Virus record (IMG/VR): IMGVR_UViG_3300005573_000001
Length of the DNA: 64,000 nucleotides
From: a virus
Reading direction: 5' to 3' (one strand)
Part shown: positions 55,475 through 64,000 of the stretch, in pieces
Layout: every line of letters begins with the position of its first letter
Numbering within the stretch: the stretch's first letter is position 1
The notes under the pieces: model-generated
What the model was told of the DNA's origin: nothing
What the model saw: only the letters and a program-made list of their open reading frames with translations
Databases searched by the model: none
Program-made: the position numbers and the translations under genes

Positions 55475-56590
55475 TTACCTCACAGTAAGACTAATACCAA
55501 GAGCCTTCTCAACAGCAGTAATATAAGCAAGACGATCAGGACGGCTCTTAGGTATATATATCAAGTCAAGTACCTTCTCAAGCGTAGTGCGAAGAAGCTT
55601 AGTTGACTCAAGCTGGTAATCGGCTAGACAGCTAGTAATCCTAGAGAGGATAACATCATAAGCACCCTGCCTGATGAGATCTAAACTATGCTCACGATTA
55701 GCCAAGAAGAACTCATCTGGGTCAACAGAATCTGAAAAGAATACCTCAACTACGAAACCAGCTTGGCATAGTACGTCAGCCATCCTAGGAGCTTCCGCTT
55801 GACCAGCTTGATCATTATCAAGAAAGAGAATTACTCTCTTAGTTACCTGCTGCAATAAAGCAACATGTTCCTTAGTCAAGGTAATACCCATTAAGGCGGC
55901 AGTAGGCACTCCATATTTAAGACCAAGAATGGCGTCGTTATATCCCTCAACAAGCACGATACAGCCAGTCTTAGCAGCCAAAGCTTTAGCACTGCTCCAG
56001 CCATATAATAAGGCTCCCTTCTTAAAGGTACTGTTCCGGTACTTAGGATCAGCAGCATCTGGATGAAGCGGATCTTGCCTATAAGCAAAGCCAATAATAA
56101 CCCTAGACTCATCAGCAACAGGGTACACCAAATGACCCTGATCGTCAAGTCCAAGAAGCCAGCGCTTAATCATAGCTTGATCTATACCCCGAGAAGCCAA
56201 GTACCGGAGGTAGTCAGGGCTTTGCAGGAGCCGTGCATGATAAGCAGTAGCCTGCTCACGAAGTGCTATTTGTTCGTCTGTTAACGTCAACTGTAATCCC
56301 ACCCTTCTCGCTAGGGTTTCTACTGCATCCTCAAAGCTAAGGCCGGCAAGAAAGGCATACAAATGTATCACAGTACTACCTCCCGTAACGGCTCTAGTTC
56401 CAGCCGAACAACCATAGCAGTAGAAACTCTGAGTCTCTGGATAAACAACAAGGGACTTTGTGTGCACGTCTCCATGCGGACAAAGTCCCTTATACACTGA
56501 ACCACTGCACTCAAGGTGCAGACCAGGAAACTCCTTGGCTATCTCGACAATGTCAAGCTGTTCCTTGAGTTGTCTGACTAGCGAATCCAT
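55475..56590 (-). CDS. dnaG: DnaG-type DNA primase
   Basis: CPHGD..FYCYGC zinc finger, PKYRNS, LVEGYND, FLDNDQAG and DPDE. Confidence 0.9.
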   Translation of the reverse strand: MDSLVRQLKEQLDIVEIAKEFPGLHLECSGSVYKGLCPHGDVHTKSLVVYPETQSFYCYGCSAGTRAVTGGSTVIHLYAFLAGLSFEDAVETLARRVGLQLTLTDEQIALREQATAYHARLLQSPDYLRYLASRGIDQAMIKRWLLGLDDQGHLVYPVADESRVIIGFAYRQDPLHPDAADPKYRNSTFKKGALLYGWSSAKALAAKTGCIVLVEGYNDAILGLKYGVPTAALMGITLTKEHVALLQQVTKRVILFLDNDQAGQAEAPRMADVLCQAGFVVEVFFSDSVDPDEFFLANREHSLDLIRQGAYDVILSRITSCLADYQLESTKLLRTTLEKVLDLIYIPKSRPDRLAYITAVEKALGISLTVR

Positions 56591-57404
56591 TAGTACCCTC
56601 CATCGTATAGCGGCGCATCAATAAAGCCCTACAGGCAGGAAGCTGAGGGACAGGTTGTTGCAGAAGAGCAGTAATAAGTTCCAAAGACATAGGTACATCA
56701 ATTATGCGCAATAAGTCATTAAGCATAAGATCCATAGTCTGCTGGCCAGCAAACTCATACATAAGGGCCGAACCAGCAACATCTTGAGTTCTTATAAGGT
56801 TAACTACAATCTGTACTCCTTGAGCTACATAGTACCTAAAGATACGGAAAAACAGGGGGAGCTGGGAAGTAGGGCAAACATCCACAAAGAGAACCCGTCC
56901 CGGGATAGACATAATGTTCTCCAGCCGTAATATTAGGTCCAAGCAATAGAAGGTACTATTCATAGTAGAGGTTACAGTAAGAGGAAGCCTACGAAGAGGT
57001 GTACCGTCAACAATAAGGCTAGAGTACCCATAACACTCCGAAGAAGAGTGAGGGTCAAGAGATAGGCCAACAAGCCGTACACCGAAGATGTCGAAGAATC
57101 TATTGGCAAGCCAGTCAGAGGTATGAGAGGACAGGAACGTAGTAATCTCACTAGAACGGTCTAGACTCCATGAAAAAACATAGTTATCAATGCTATAGAG
57201 AAAGTGTATGCGGGCACTCAACGAAGGATCAACAAAGTGAGGAACAAGTGTAAAGTTGCTATAAGAAATAAAGCGTACAGGTACAAAGCGGGAACGTAAA
57301 GTAGAGAGATTAGCCCAGACAGAGAGCGCAGTAAACGGAAAAGTAAGAGAGATAGAAGAAGAAGAGTCCGTAGAAGAAGGCAACGAGAGCGAATCAACAA
57401 TCAT
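56553..57404 (-). CDS. hypothetical protein
   Basis: 283 aa, AAGGAG RBS. Confidence 0.5.
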   Translation of the reverse strand: MIVDSLSLPSSTDSSSSISLTFPFTALSVWANLSTLRSRFVPVRFISYSNFTLVPHFVDPSLSARIHFLYSIDNYVFSWSLDRSSEITTFLSSHTSDWLANRFFDIFGVRLVGLSLDPHSSSECYGYSSLIVDGTPLRRLPLTVTSTMNSTFYCLDLILRLENIMSIPGRVLFVDVCPTSQLPLFFRIFRYYVAQGVQIVVNLIRTQDVAGSALMYEFAGQQTMDLMLNDLLRIIDVPMSLELITALLQQPVPQLPACRALLMRRYTMEGTNGFASQTTQGTA

Positions 57405-57406
57405 AA

Positions 57407-57991
57407 CTACTCCTTCTCACTAGTAACTACGACGTCTATTAGCCCATAAGCTTTGGCTTCCTCAGGTGTCATAAAGAAGTCTCGGTCAGTATCGACAGCT
57501 ACTTTCTCCAAAGGCTGACCAGTCAACTGTGAGATAATAGCATTCAGGCGAGCCTTTATATCACTCATATGCTTGGCATGGATCAGGACGTCGCTAGCAG
57601 GGCCCTGAGTACCACCCATGGGCTGATGAATCATAATCTCGCTGTTAGGAAGAGCAATTCTCTGAGAACCCGCAGCCAAGAGGATCGCGGCCATCGACGA
57701 AGCCATACCTATACAGATAGTCTTTACGGGAGCAGAGATGTAGCGCATAGTATCGTAGATGGCAAGGCCAGCAGAAACACTGCCACCCACACTATTGATG
57801 TACATCTCAATAGGTTGATTGCTGACAGTGTTAAGGTAAAGCAAGGTAGCTATTACGTCGGCAGCCATAGCATCGTCAATCTCACCGATTATAAACATCA
57901 TCCTGTCTTTAATCAGTTTAGAGTAGACATCCATATAGCGACGACTCTCAGCATCTTCAATAGCTACAACCATATTTCTAATCGTATTCAT
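57407..57991 (-). CDS. clpP: ATP-dependent Clp protease proteolytic subunit
   Basis: DVYSKLIKDR, YINSVGGSVSAGLAIYDTM, MASSMAA, IMIHQPMGG and DTDRDFFMTPEEAKAYGLID. Confidence 0.93.
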   Translation of the reverse strand: MNTIRNMVVAIEDAESRRYMDVYSKLIKDRMMFIIGEIDDAMAADVIATLLYLNTVSNQPIEMYINSVGGSVSAGLAIYDTMRYISAPVKTICIGMASSMAAILLAAGSQRIALPNSEIMIHQPMGGTQGPASDVLIHAKHMSDIKARLNAIISQLTGQPLEKVAVDTDRDFFMTPEEAKAYGLIDVVVTSEKE

Positions 57992-58200
57992 AAGACACCT
58001 TTCCGCTTAGGGGATTTCCCCATAGCACAATAATAAGTTATTTCAGCCTTACAGGTAAGGCATTTAGTAACAAACATATATTTAAGCCCCTTAGCATAAT
58101 AATGCTGCGGGGCTAAACCGTAGTTAAGAATATTAGAGAACTCATCAGAGCCACAGGAGGGACAAACAAAGTCCTTACCTTCAAGAATATAGCGCTTCAT
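57988..58200 (-). CDS. small zinc-ribbon protein
   Basis: CPSC and CLTC motifs; ATGA overlaps on both sides. Confidence 0.6.
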   Translation of the reverse strand: MKRYILEGKDFVCPSCGSDEFSNILNYGLAPQHYYAKGLKYMFVTKCLTCKAEITYYCAMGKSPKRKGVL

Positions 58201-60146
58201 AGCATCACTATATTATCCTTGGGTAACTCAGACAAGAACCTGCTAGGTTTTAAAGCCTGATATGTAGCATTAATAGAGCGAAAGACACAGTAGCTCAAAT
58301 AAAGCCTAAGCTTAGCTCTCGTTACAGCAACATAGAAAAGGCGGCGTTCTTCTTCAAGTTCAGCTGAACTGGTCGCACTAGTTGAGTGAGGGAAAATACT
58401 CTCGTTTAGGCCAACGACGAAGACAACCTTATACTCAAGACCTTTAGCCGTATGAATAGTCATAAGCTTGACAGAGTTGTCCGACTTGATCGTATCATGG
58501 GCCAGAACCATAGTAACGGAGTTTACCAGCTGTAGAAGAGCCTGAATTACAGTCAAGCCGTCCTCAAAGGCCATATCATCAACAACGTTGAGAAACTCAT
58601 AGTAGTTCTGAAGACAGTCCTCGTCGCCCGACTTAGCAGCCTCGTCTATAAGCATTTGCTTATAGCCAGTCATATCGCAGACAGCATCAATAATACCACG
58701 TAAGGGCACAGTAAGTGGCGTATCGAGCAGAGCGCGGATCTCATCAACAAGGGCAACAAAGGCTTGTAGTTTCTTTAACGTTGAGACAGTAATACCTAAG
58801 TCGCTAGTCTCAAGACTAGCCAAGACATCAGAAAGACTACGATTATGATCGGTTACCTCAGAAACCAGCTTAGAAATAGTAGCCTCACCTAGGCCGCGCT
58901 TAGGGAGATTGCAAATCCGTATGAAGGCAGAGACATCATCCTTATTTACGATGTAGCGCAGGTAAGCAACTATATCCTTAGGCTCCTTACGCTGATAAAA
59001 ACTAATGTTACCAATAAGCTGGTAGGGAACGTCACTACTAAGCATAGCATCTTCTATAACCCTAGACTGGTAATTAGCGCGATAGAGAATAGCAATATCC
59101 CCATAGGAGACATTATAGGATTCAACTAAGTTAGTAATGCGAGTAACCAGCCACTTGGCCTCAGCTATATCGTTAGGGGCACGATGTAATAACACCTTGT
59201 CGCCCATAGCATTAGTAGTCCAAAGCTTCTTCTTAAGTTGCTTACGGTTGTTAGCAATGACAGCATTAGCAGCCTCTAGTATGTTACCGGTACTACGGTA
59301 ATTCTGTTCAAGTTTAAAGACATTAGCACCATAGCTCTTGGGAAAGTCGAGGAAGTTCTGAACACTCGCATTACGCCAACTATAGATATTCTGAGCATCG
59401 TCACCTACTACAAAGAGATTATGGTGGACGGAAGCGAGCTCGCAAGCAAGGGTATGCTGAGCATAGTCACAATCTTGATATTCGTCAATATGGATATAGC
59501 GGAACCTATTAGTAAGAACATCCCTAGCTCTACCGGGAGTCTGGACAAGGGTGACTGCCTTGCAAATTAAGTCATCGAAGTCTAGACTATTTGACTGCAC
59601 CAAGGTTTCTTGATAGATACGGTAGAGGTTAGCGAGGAACTTCTCATTAGGACGGAGAGCATCACGTAAAGCATCCTCAGGAGAAAACACACGGGCCTTC
59701 ATCGAACGAATATACTCTTGAGCGTCATAGATCTGTTGCGAAGTAGGCTTGCCACCGATAAGGGAGGTATAAATCTGCTTTAGGATTTTCTCCTGCGAAT
59801 CCTCATCAACAATAGTAAAGTCTTTACGTATACCAGCCTCAGTACTAAACTCTATCAGCAGGCGCAAACATATGCCATGAAAGGTACCTATCCATATGTC
59901 ATTAGCAACAGGTCCTACTAAACTATGGATACGCTGCCGCATCTCAGCGGCAGCCTTATTAGTAAAAGTTATAGCTAGAATACTAGCTGGATCGACACCT
60001 GAAGCTACTAAGTAAGCTATCCTATGCGTAAGAACAGCAGTCTTCCCACTACCAGCCCCAGCTACAGTCAAATTAAAGCCCTCAGTACACTGAACAGCCT
60101 TGCGTTGCTCTTCATTCAAGGGCTTCAGGATTGTCTCCTTCGTCAT
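58197..60146 (-). CDS. pcrA: PcrA/UvrD superfamily 1 helicase
   Basis: AGAGSGKT, TFTNKAA, DEYQD, VGDDAQNIY, LEQNYRST, TIHTAKGLE and EERRLFYVAVTRA; start at 60146 after AAGGAG. Confidence 0.93.
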   Translation of the reverse strand: MTKETILKPLNEEQRKAVQCTEGFNLTVAGAGSGKTAVLTHRIAYLVASGVDPASILAITFTNKAAAEMRQRIHSLVGPVANDIWIGTFHGICLRLLIEFSTEAGIRKDFTIVDEDSQEKILKQIYTSLIGGKPTSQQIYDAQEYIRSMKARVFSPEDALRDALRPNEKFLANLYRIYQETLVQSNSLDFDDLICKAVTLVQTPGRARDVLTNRFRYIHIDEYQDCDYAQHTLACELASVHHNLFVVGDDAQNIYSWRNASVQNFLDFPKSYGANVFKLEQNYRSTGNILEAANAVIANNRKQLKKKLWTTNAMGDKVLLHRAPNDIAEAKWLVTRITNLVESYNVSYGDIAILYRANYQSRVIEDAMLSSDVPYQLIGNISFYQRKEPKDIVAYLRYIVNKDDVSAFIRICNLPKRGLGEATISKLVSEVTDHNRSLSDVLASLETSDLGITVSTLKKLQAFVALVDEIRALLDTPLTVPLRGIIDAVCDMTGYKQMLIDEAAKSGDEDCLQNYYEFLNVVDDMAFEDGLTVIQALLQLVNSVTMVLAHDTIKSDNSVKLMTIHTAKGLEYKVVFVVGLNESIFPHSTSATSSAELEEERRLFYVAVTRAKLRLYLSYCVFRSINATYQALKPSRFLSELPKDNIVML

Positions 60147-61611
60147 TAATATCTCCTTCAAAGTCAGTCGGTTCCATCTGGGCAACCAGTCTATTATATT
60201 CAGTAGAATTAGTACGTAGATAGTCGGCGAAGGCAGCTTTACCATTAAGGTTCTGCTCAACTCCCTGACTATCTGTATAGTAGATACGAGCGCCGGCTCG
60301 GCGTACCAGACCCAAAGTAAGGGCAGTATCAACAAGCTCAGCTACCTTATCAAGACCTACTCCATAATAGAGAGGGACAACCGCCTGCTTAAATGGGAGA
60401 GCAGTCTTATTCTTCGTAACACGGATATTCATCTGATGACCAATTACAGTAGCACCGTCCTTAATAGGCTCGCCCTTACGAACGCAGAGACGCATACTGG
60501 CATAAAAGGCCAAGGCGCGACCGCCACTAGTAACCTCAGGAGAATTATGAACTATCACACCGGTATCAGACCCACCAACGACATAGTTAGCATGGTCCTC
60601 AATAGTAAGGTCATACCGACCAAGAAGCGCGGTCTCAGCAGAGGTCAGATACCGGAGCAAGGTAATTGGAACATCAGTTATAGTAAGGTCGACTGCCTTA
60701 GCCATAAGGCGCGTACCTATAGTGAGAGACCGAGCAGGTTTCCAGCCATCCTTAGTAAGGACCAAATGGTCAGGAGTCACCGCAAGGGAAAGGACACCTC
60801 CATCACTAGACAAAGGAGCCTCAATGTAGATATAGTCAGAAGAACGGGCAACATAACCATTGAAGTGCCAGTCAAGAATGGACTTAGGCTCGAGAAGACC
60901 GGTTTGTTCATTAAGGGCCCAGACACGACCATCGATACAGTTCTCGACAACATCTTTAATTGGAATGGAGCGCCCATCCACAAAGTTAACCAAGGTACTA
61001 CCGTGTACACATCCGTAAAGGACACCAACCTTCTCACGAATCTGGTTAATGAATATAAGAGTACAGTCGTTAGCACTGAGAATAGGAGCAAGAAGTCTTA
61101 GACTCTTGCTCATCAAGCGAGCCTGAGTACCAATAGTATTCTTAGAGACGGAATCGGCCTCAAACTCAGCACTTGGAACTAAGGCTGAGACAGAATCAAT
61201 AACGGCTAGATTACAATTACCAGAGCGCACACACTCAGAAAGAATATCAAAGGTAACTTCGCCAGTAGGCGGCTGAACATACCAAACCCTATCAAGATCA
61301 ACTCCATAGGCAGCAGCCAAAGCCTTATCTAAGGTAGTCTCAAGATCAAGAAACAGCTGAAACTTATCAGGCTGGGCCTTCTGGGCCTCTATAATAGCCA
61401 GTAAGGCGATCGTAGTCTTGCCAGCCGACTCAGGACCATAAACCTCCTCAATCCTACCAACAGGATGTCCACCACCCATAGCTAAGTCTAGACGTAGACT
61501 GCCGCTGCTTATTCTACGAATATCGGCGTGCATCTCGCTCATCCTAACTATCTTAGTAGCATACTTACGCTGCAAATCAGAACGCAGCTTACTCATTGCA
61601 TCTAGAGTCAC
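60112..61611 (-). CDS. recA: RecA recombinase containing an intein
   Basis: GPESAGKTT, IDSVSALVP, ARLMSKSLR and FINQIREKVGVLYG|..|SPEVTSGGRALAFYAS. Confidence 0.93.
   Translation of the reverse strand: MTLDAMSKLRSDLQRKYATKIVRMSEMHADIRRISSGSLRLDLAMGGGHPVGRIEEVYGPESAGKTTIALLAIIEAQKAQPDKFQLFLDLETTLDKALAAAYGVDLDRVWYVQPPTGEVTFDILSECVRSGNCNLAVIDSVSALVPSAEFEADSVSKNTIGTQARLMSKSLRLLAPILSANDCTLIFINQIREKVGVLYGCVHGSTLVNFVDGRSIPIKDVVENCIDGRVWALNEQTGLLEPKSILDWHFNGYVARSSDYIYIEAPLSSDGGVLSLAVTPDHLVLTKDGWKPARSLTIGTRLMAKAVDLTITDVPITLLRYLTSAETALLGRYDLTIEDHANYVVGGSDTGVIVHNSPEVTSGGRALAFYASMRLCVRKGEPIKDGATVIGHQMNIRVTKNKTALPFKQAVVPLYYGVGLDKVAELVDTALTLGLVRRAGARIYYTDSQGVEQNLNGKAAFADYLRTNSTEYNRLVAQMEPTDFEGDINDEGDNPEALE
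60544..61011 (-). mobile_element. mini-intein (156 aa) in RecA
   Basis: Starts CVHGST, block B VTPDH, block F YDLTI, ends IVHN before Ser+1; no endonuclease motifs. Confidence 0.92.
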
Positions 61612-61942
61612 TAGTATTCTCCTTCCGAATAAGTTCTATTACAGTTAATAAAGTATCATAAGCAGTTAAGGTCTTAAAGCGCTCATCCTCAGACATGTGG
61701 GAGCCGAGCCGAGCATGATACTGTTGTGCTAAATTATCCAAGTAACTAAGTACAACAGTAGGAGTATCAGAAGCGGGCAAACCTACAACACTTAGGAAAT
61801 AGGCCCGCTCGTTATCAAGTTCACGTAGTACACTCTGGACAGCCTGTTCTTTAGATAAGTCTTGGCACAGTTCACGGTACATGAGCATACAGAACTGTCC
61901 AAGACCTTGGCGCAGTTCAGCAACCTTTAGTTCAGTAGACAT
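61589..61942 (-). CDS. hypothetical protein
   Basis: ATG at 61942 after GGAGG; 117 aa. Confidence 0.55.
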   Translation of the reverse strand: MSTELKVAELRQGLGQFCMLMYRELCQDLSKEQAVQSVLRELDNERAYFLSVVGLPASDTPTVVLSYLDNLAQQYHARLGSHMSEDERFKTLTAYDTLLTVIELIRKENTSDSRCNE

Positions 61943-61969
61943 TAGTATTACCTCCATAGAAGCCATTAA

Positions 61970-61989
61970 GGGGAGCTCAACAGCTCCCC
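61970..61989 (-). terminator. GC-rich hairpin after the ssb gene; possible terminator or stabilising stem
   Basis: GGGGAGCT-loop-AGCTCCCC 8-bp stem with only a weak U tract. Confidence 0.45.
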
Positions 61990-62000
61990 ACGGCAGCACC

Positions 62001-62387
62001 TTAGAAAAGCTGATCAGGTGCAAGAACTTCGACAGCCGGAGCCTTAGCTGCAGAATTGGCCGGATTTTCATCCAAGTACGTGATGTTGTCCACGCTTATG
62101 CGGAAGGCTTCCTTCTCGACACCATCTTTAGTGGTGTACTTGTTGGGTTCAACCGTTCCGGTCACGCGGACAAGCCTGTTAGCTTTGAGATAGTCTTTGT
62201 GCCTAGCGGCAAGACCTCTCCAGGCCGCACAGTTAATGAAGATGTCGTTCTTTATGAACGCAAATTCCAAAAGCTCGACATCCTGACCAGACGACTGAAC
62301 TACCGAATGCTTCGGGTCGCCTTTTACCCAGCCAATCAACTCAGCTGCGAACAGCTTAGTACTGTTAGAGGGCTTTTCATGTGCCAT
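62001..62387 (-). CDS. ssb: single-stranded DNA-binding protein
   Basis: FINCAAWRGLA..YLKANRLVRVTG..YTTKDG; C-terminal DQLF. Confidence 0.8.
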   Translation of the reverse strand: MAHEKPSNSTKLFAAELIGWVKGDPKHSVVQSSGQDVELLEFAFIKNDIFINCAAWRGLAARHKDYLKANRLVRVTGTVEPNKYTTKDGVEKEAFRISVDNITYLDENPANSAAKAPAVEVLAPDQLF

Positions 62388-62438
62388 TATCCATAACCTC
62401 CATATGTATTTTAATCACCATGGTGATGATTAACTGAA

Positions 62439-62966
62439 TTACTTACCAGAGGAGCCAAGACGGCCTTCCCCACGCTCTGACGCTATCGATACAACGGCAT
62501 CAAGGGTAGTAGGCACTATCTCAGCATCTGGAACAATCTCAAGCGCAGCTTGACATATAGCCTTAGTATACGGGTAGATCGTTACGCACTCAGACAGAGC
62601 GGGATCACCAACAAAGTTACCGTACATATCAAAATACTGATCTACCTTCTTAGTAATAATAATAGGTCTAAGGCTAGTATTATTAACTAAGACAAACCAT
62701 TCGTAACGGTAGCCAGAATCTATCTGACCAGCCCTAATAGCCATAGCACGTATACCGGTATTACCGCGCTCACGCAACTCAAAGCGGTAACCTGACGGCC
62801 AAGCAGTCACAAGACCAGTAGGAACACTAACTATATCCAAAGGCCTAATGACAAGAAAGTCACCCGGAAAGTCAGCGTAAATATCGTAGCAGCCATCCTC
62901 AGGACGCTTAGTAGGAATACGGACACCTTCATGTAACGGAGCCACAAAAACCTTAAGTGATGCCAT
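62439..62966 (-). CDS. dut: dUTPase (trimeric)
   Basis: GCYDIYA, VPTGL, GQIDSGYR, ICQA and RGEGRLGSSG. Confidence 0.88.
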   Translation of the reverse strand: MASLKVFVAPLHEGVRIPTKRPEDGCYDIYADFPGDFLVIRPLDIVSVPTGLVTAWPSGYRFELRERGNTGIRAMAIRAGQIDSGYRYEWFVLVNNTSLRPIIITKKVDQYFDMYGNFVGDPALSECVTIYPYTKAICQAALEIVPDAEIVPTTLDAVVSIASERGEGRLGSSGK

Positions 62967-63420
62967 AATCTTTACCTCGTACATAAATTGTTTGGTTAGA
63001 AGTAGCCAAAGTTACGCCATACATCTGATACCCAGAGACAGCTAGCTCTGGCTCATAACGGCCACTCTTAATATAATCAAAGAGTAACTTGATAGAATCA
63101 GGAATTTCATCAATGGGATACCGGGTGAAAAGCCAGAAGGGACAAGAAGTCAAAGAGCGAAGGGCAGTAACCAAGTCTACCAACTGAGAGGAATCATTGT
63201 CTAAAGGCTCACCACCCAGTATCCACAAAGATTTTATAATAGGTACACTAGTCAGCTTACTAGCTATACTGGTCAAGCAGGTATACCAAGGTTGACCAAC
63301 ATTAAAGTCCCAAAGGTCAGGATTATGGCAGCCACGACACTTAGGCTGTGCATTGCATCCTGATAAGTAAATCTCAAAGGAACTAGTAGCAAGACTAAAC
63401 TGCGTCGCTGCAACATTCAT
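62953..63420 (-). CDS. nrdG: anaerobic ribonucleotide reductase activating enzyme
   Basis: YLSGC....CRGCHNPDLWDF, LGGEPLD and LATSNQ. Confidence 0.88.
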   Translation of the reverse strand: MNVAATQFSLATSSFEIYLSGCNAQPKCRGCHNPDLWDFNVGQPWYTCLTSIASKLTSVPIIKSLWILGGEPLDNDSSQLVDLVTALRSLTSCPFWLFTRYPIDEIPDSIKLLFDYIKSGRYEPELAVSGYQMYGVTLATSNQTIYVRGKDYGIT

Positions 63421-64000
63421 TAATGGCCTCGGGAGTATCAGAAATTTCAGGCACGTCAAGGGCGGAAAGATTATAGCGTTGCCGAAGTGGGTAATCTTGC
63501 TCACGGCGTACGCTATGCCAGTTGCGGACAGACGTTAAGAAACCTACAACACGGGTATAATTATCTTTAATATCGCTACCGCAGATACTACAATGGTCTC
63601 CAACATGAACAGTCAGATGACCGTCATAGCACTCCTGTAAGTTATAGTTAAGAGCCCAATATACAACACCCTGCTTAGCACAAAACTCTATCAGCTCAGC
63701 TATCTTATCTTCAGAAACAGGCTGTTCCACATTAATATGCGCAATAGCACCACCAGAGAAGTAGCGGTCAAATATACCCTGAAGACGTATCCTGTCCAAG
63801 ACATCAGCACGAGTCGTAAGAGGAATAAACTGATTAGAGTAGATAGAATACTTATCATTATAGCCCAAGAGGGCATCCTTCTGAGCAAGCTTTATAGAGA
63901 CATTCTCAGCTGGTATCTGCTCAACGTTATGTGGTGCCTTATAGAGCTTTTGCATCTTATCGTTCTCATCATTAATAACGCCAATTAGGTCAAGACCAAA
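63395..64000 (-). CDS. nrdD: anaerobic ribonucleoside-triphosphate reductase, C-terminal part (truncated by the window edge)
   Basis: EQIPAEN, SGGAIAH, Zn ribbon C..GH..CSICG and glycyl-radical motif TRVVGFL; frame open to the window end. Confidence 0.9.
   Translation of the reverse strand, partial: FGLDLIGVINDENDKMQKLYKAPHNVEQIPAENVSIKLAQKDALLGYNDKYSIYSNQFIPLTTRADVLDRIRLQGIFDRYFSGGAIAHINVEQPVSEDKIAELIEFCAKQGVVYWALNYNLQECYDGHLTVHVGDHCSICGSDIKDNYTRVVGFLTSVRNWHSVRREQDYPLRQRYNLSALDVPEISDTPEAINECCSDAV

Noticed and set aside
60147-60335. Long N-terminal extension of PcrA (and similar extensions of the rSAM, NrdG and 61589 ORFs) given in the ORF track
   Set aside because: They overlap upstream genes, and better starts with Shine-Dalgarno sequences or tight gene coupling lie downstream.
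1-64000. Stop-codon reassignment (alternative genetic code)
   Set aside because: The standard code yields full-length, densely packed genes, and TAG, TAA and TGA all end genes directly before the next RBS or start.

Overview
This 64 kb window is part of a large tailed-phage genome, probably a contractile-tail phage of an anaerobic Firmicute (sigma-A type promoters, GGAG ribosome-binding sites, NrdD/NrdG, NlpC/P60 lysin). The standard genetic code gives dense coding. The + strand from 1 to ~34.5 kb carries baseplate, tail and fibre genes, a peptidoglycan hydrolase and a holin-like cluster. The + strand from 34.6 to 47.3 kb carries Rad52/Sak, an AEP primase, a DnaB-like helicase, PhoH, nucleases, a sigma-like factor, and a Cys-rich protein next to a radical SAM/SPASM enzyme. 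After a convergent terminator at ~47.4 kb all genes are on the - strand: SNF2 helicase with a class 3 intein, resolvase, retron-type reverse transcriptase, UDG, DnaG, ClpP, PcrA, RecA with a mini-intein, SSB, dUTPase, NrdG and NrdD. The most notable feature is a phage-encoded retron-type RT (52527-53381, -) preceded by a ~480 nt structured non-coding region. That region holds two msr-msd-like units (53400-53563 and 53687-53873) that differ in sequence but share structure, separated by a third 16-bp inverted-repeat stem. Both units have the candidate branching-G context (TATA-G ... TTCGTG-TATA) and a covarying bulged hairpin followed by AATTAAAA, but their msd hairpins are unrelated. This suggests one RT copying several ncRNA templates into different msDNAs. 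All calls come from reading motifs by eye; no searches were run.
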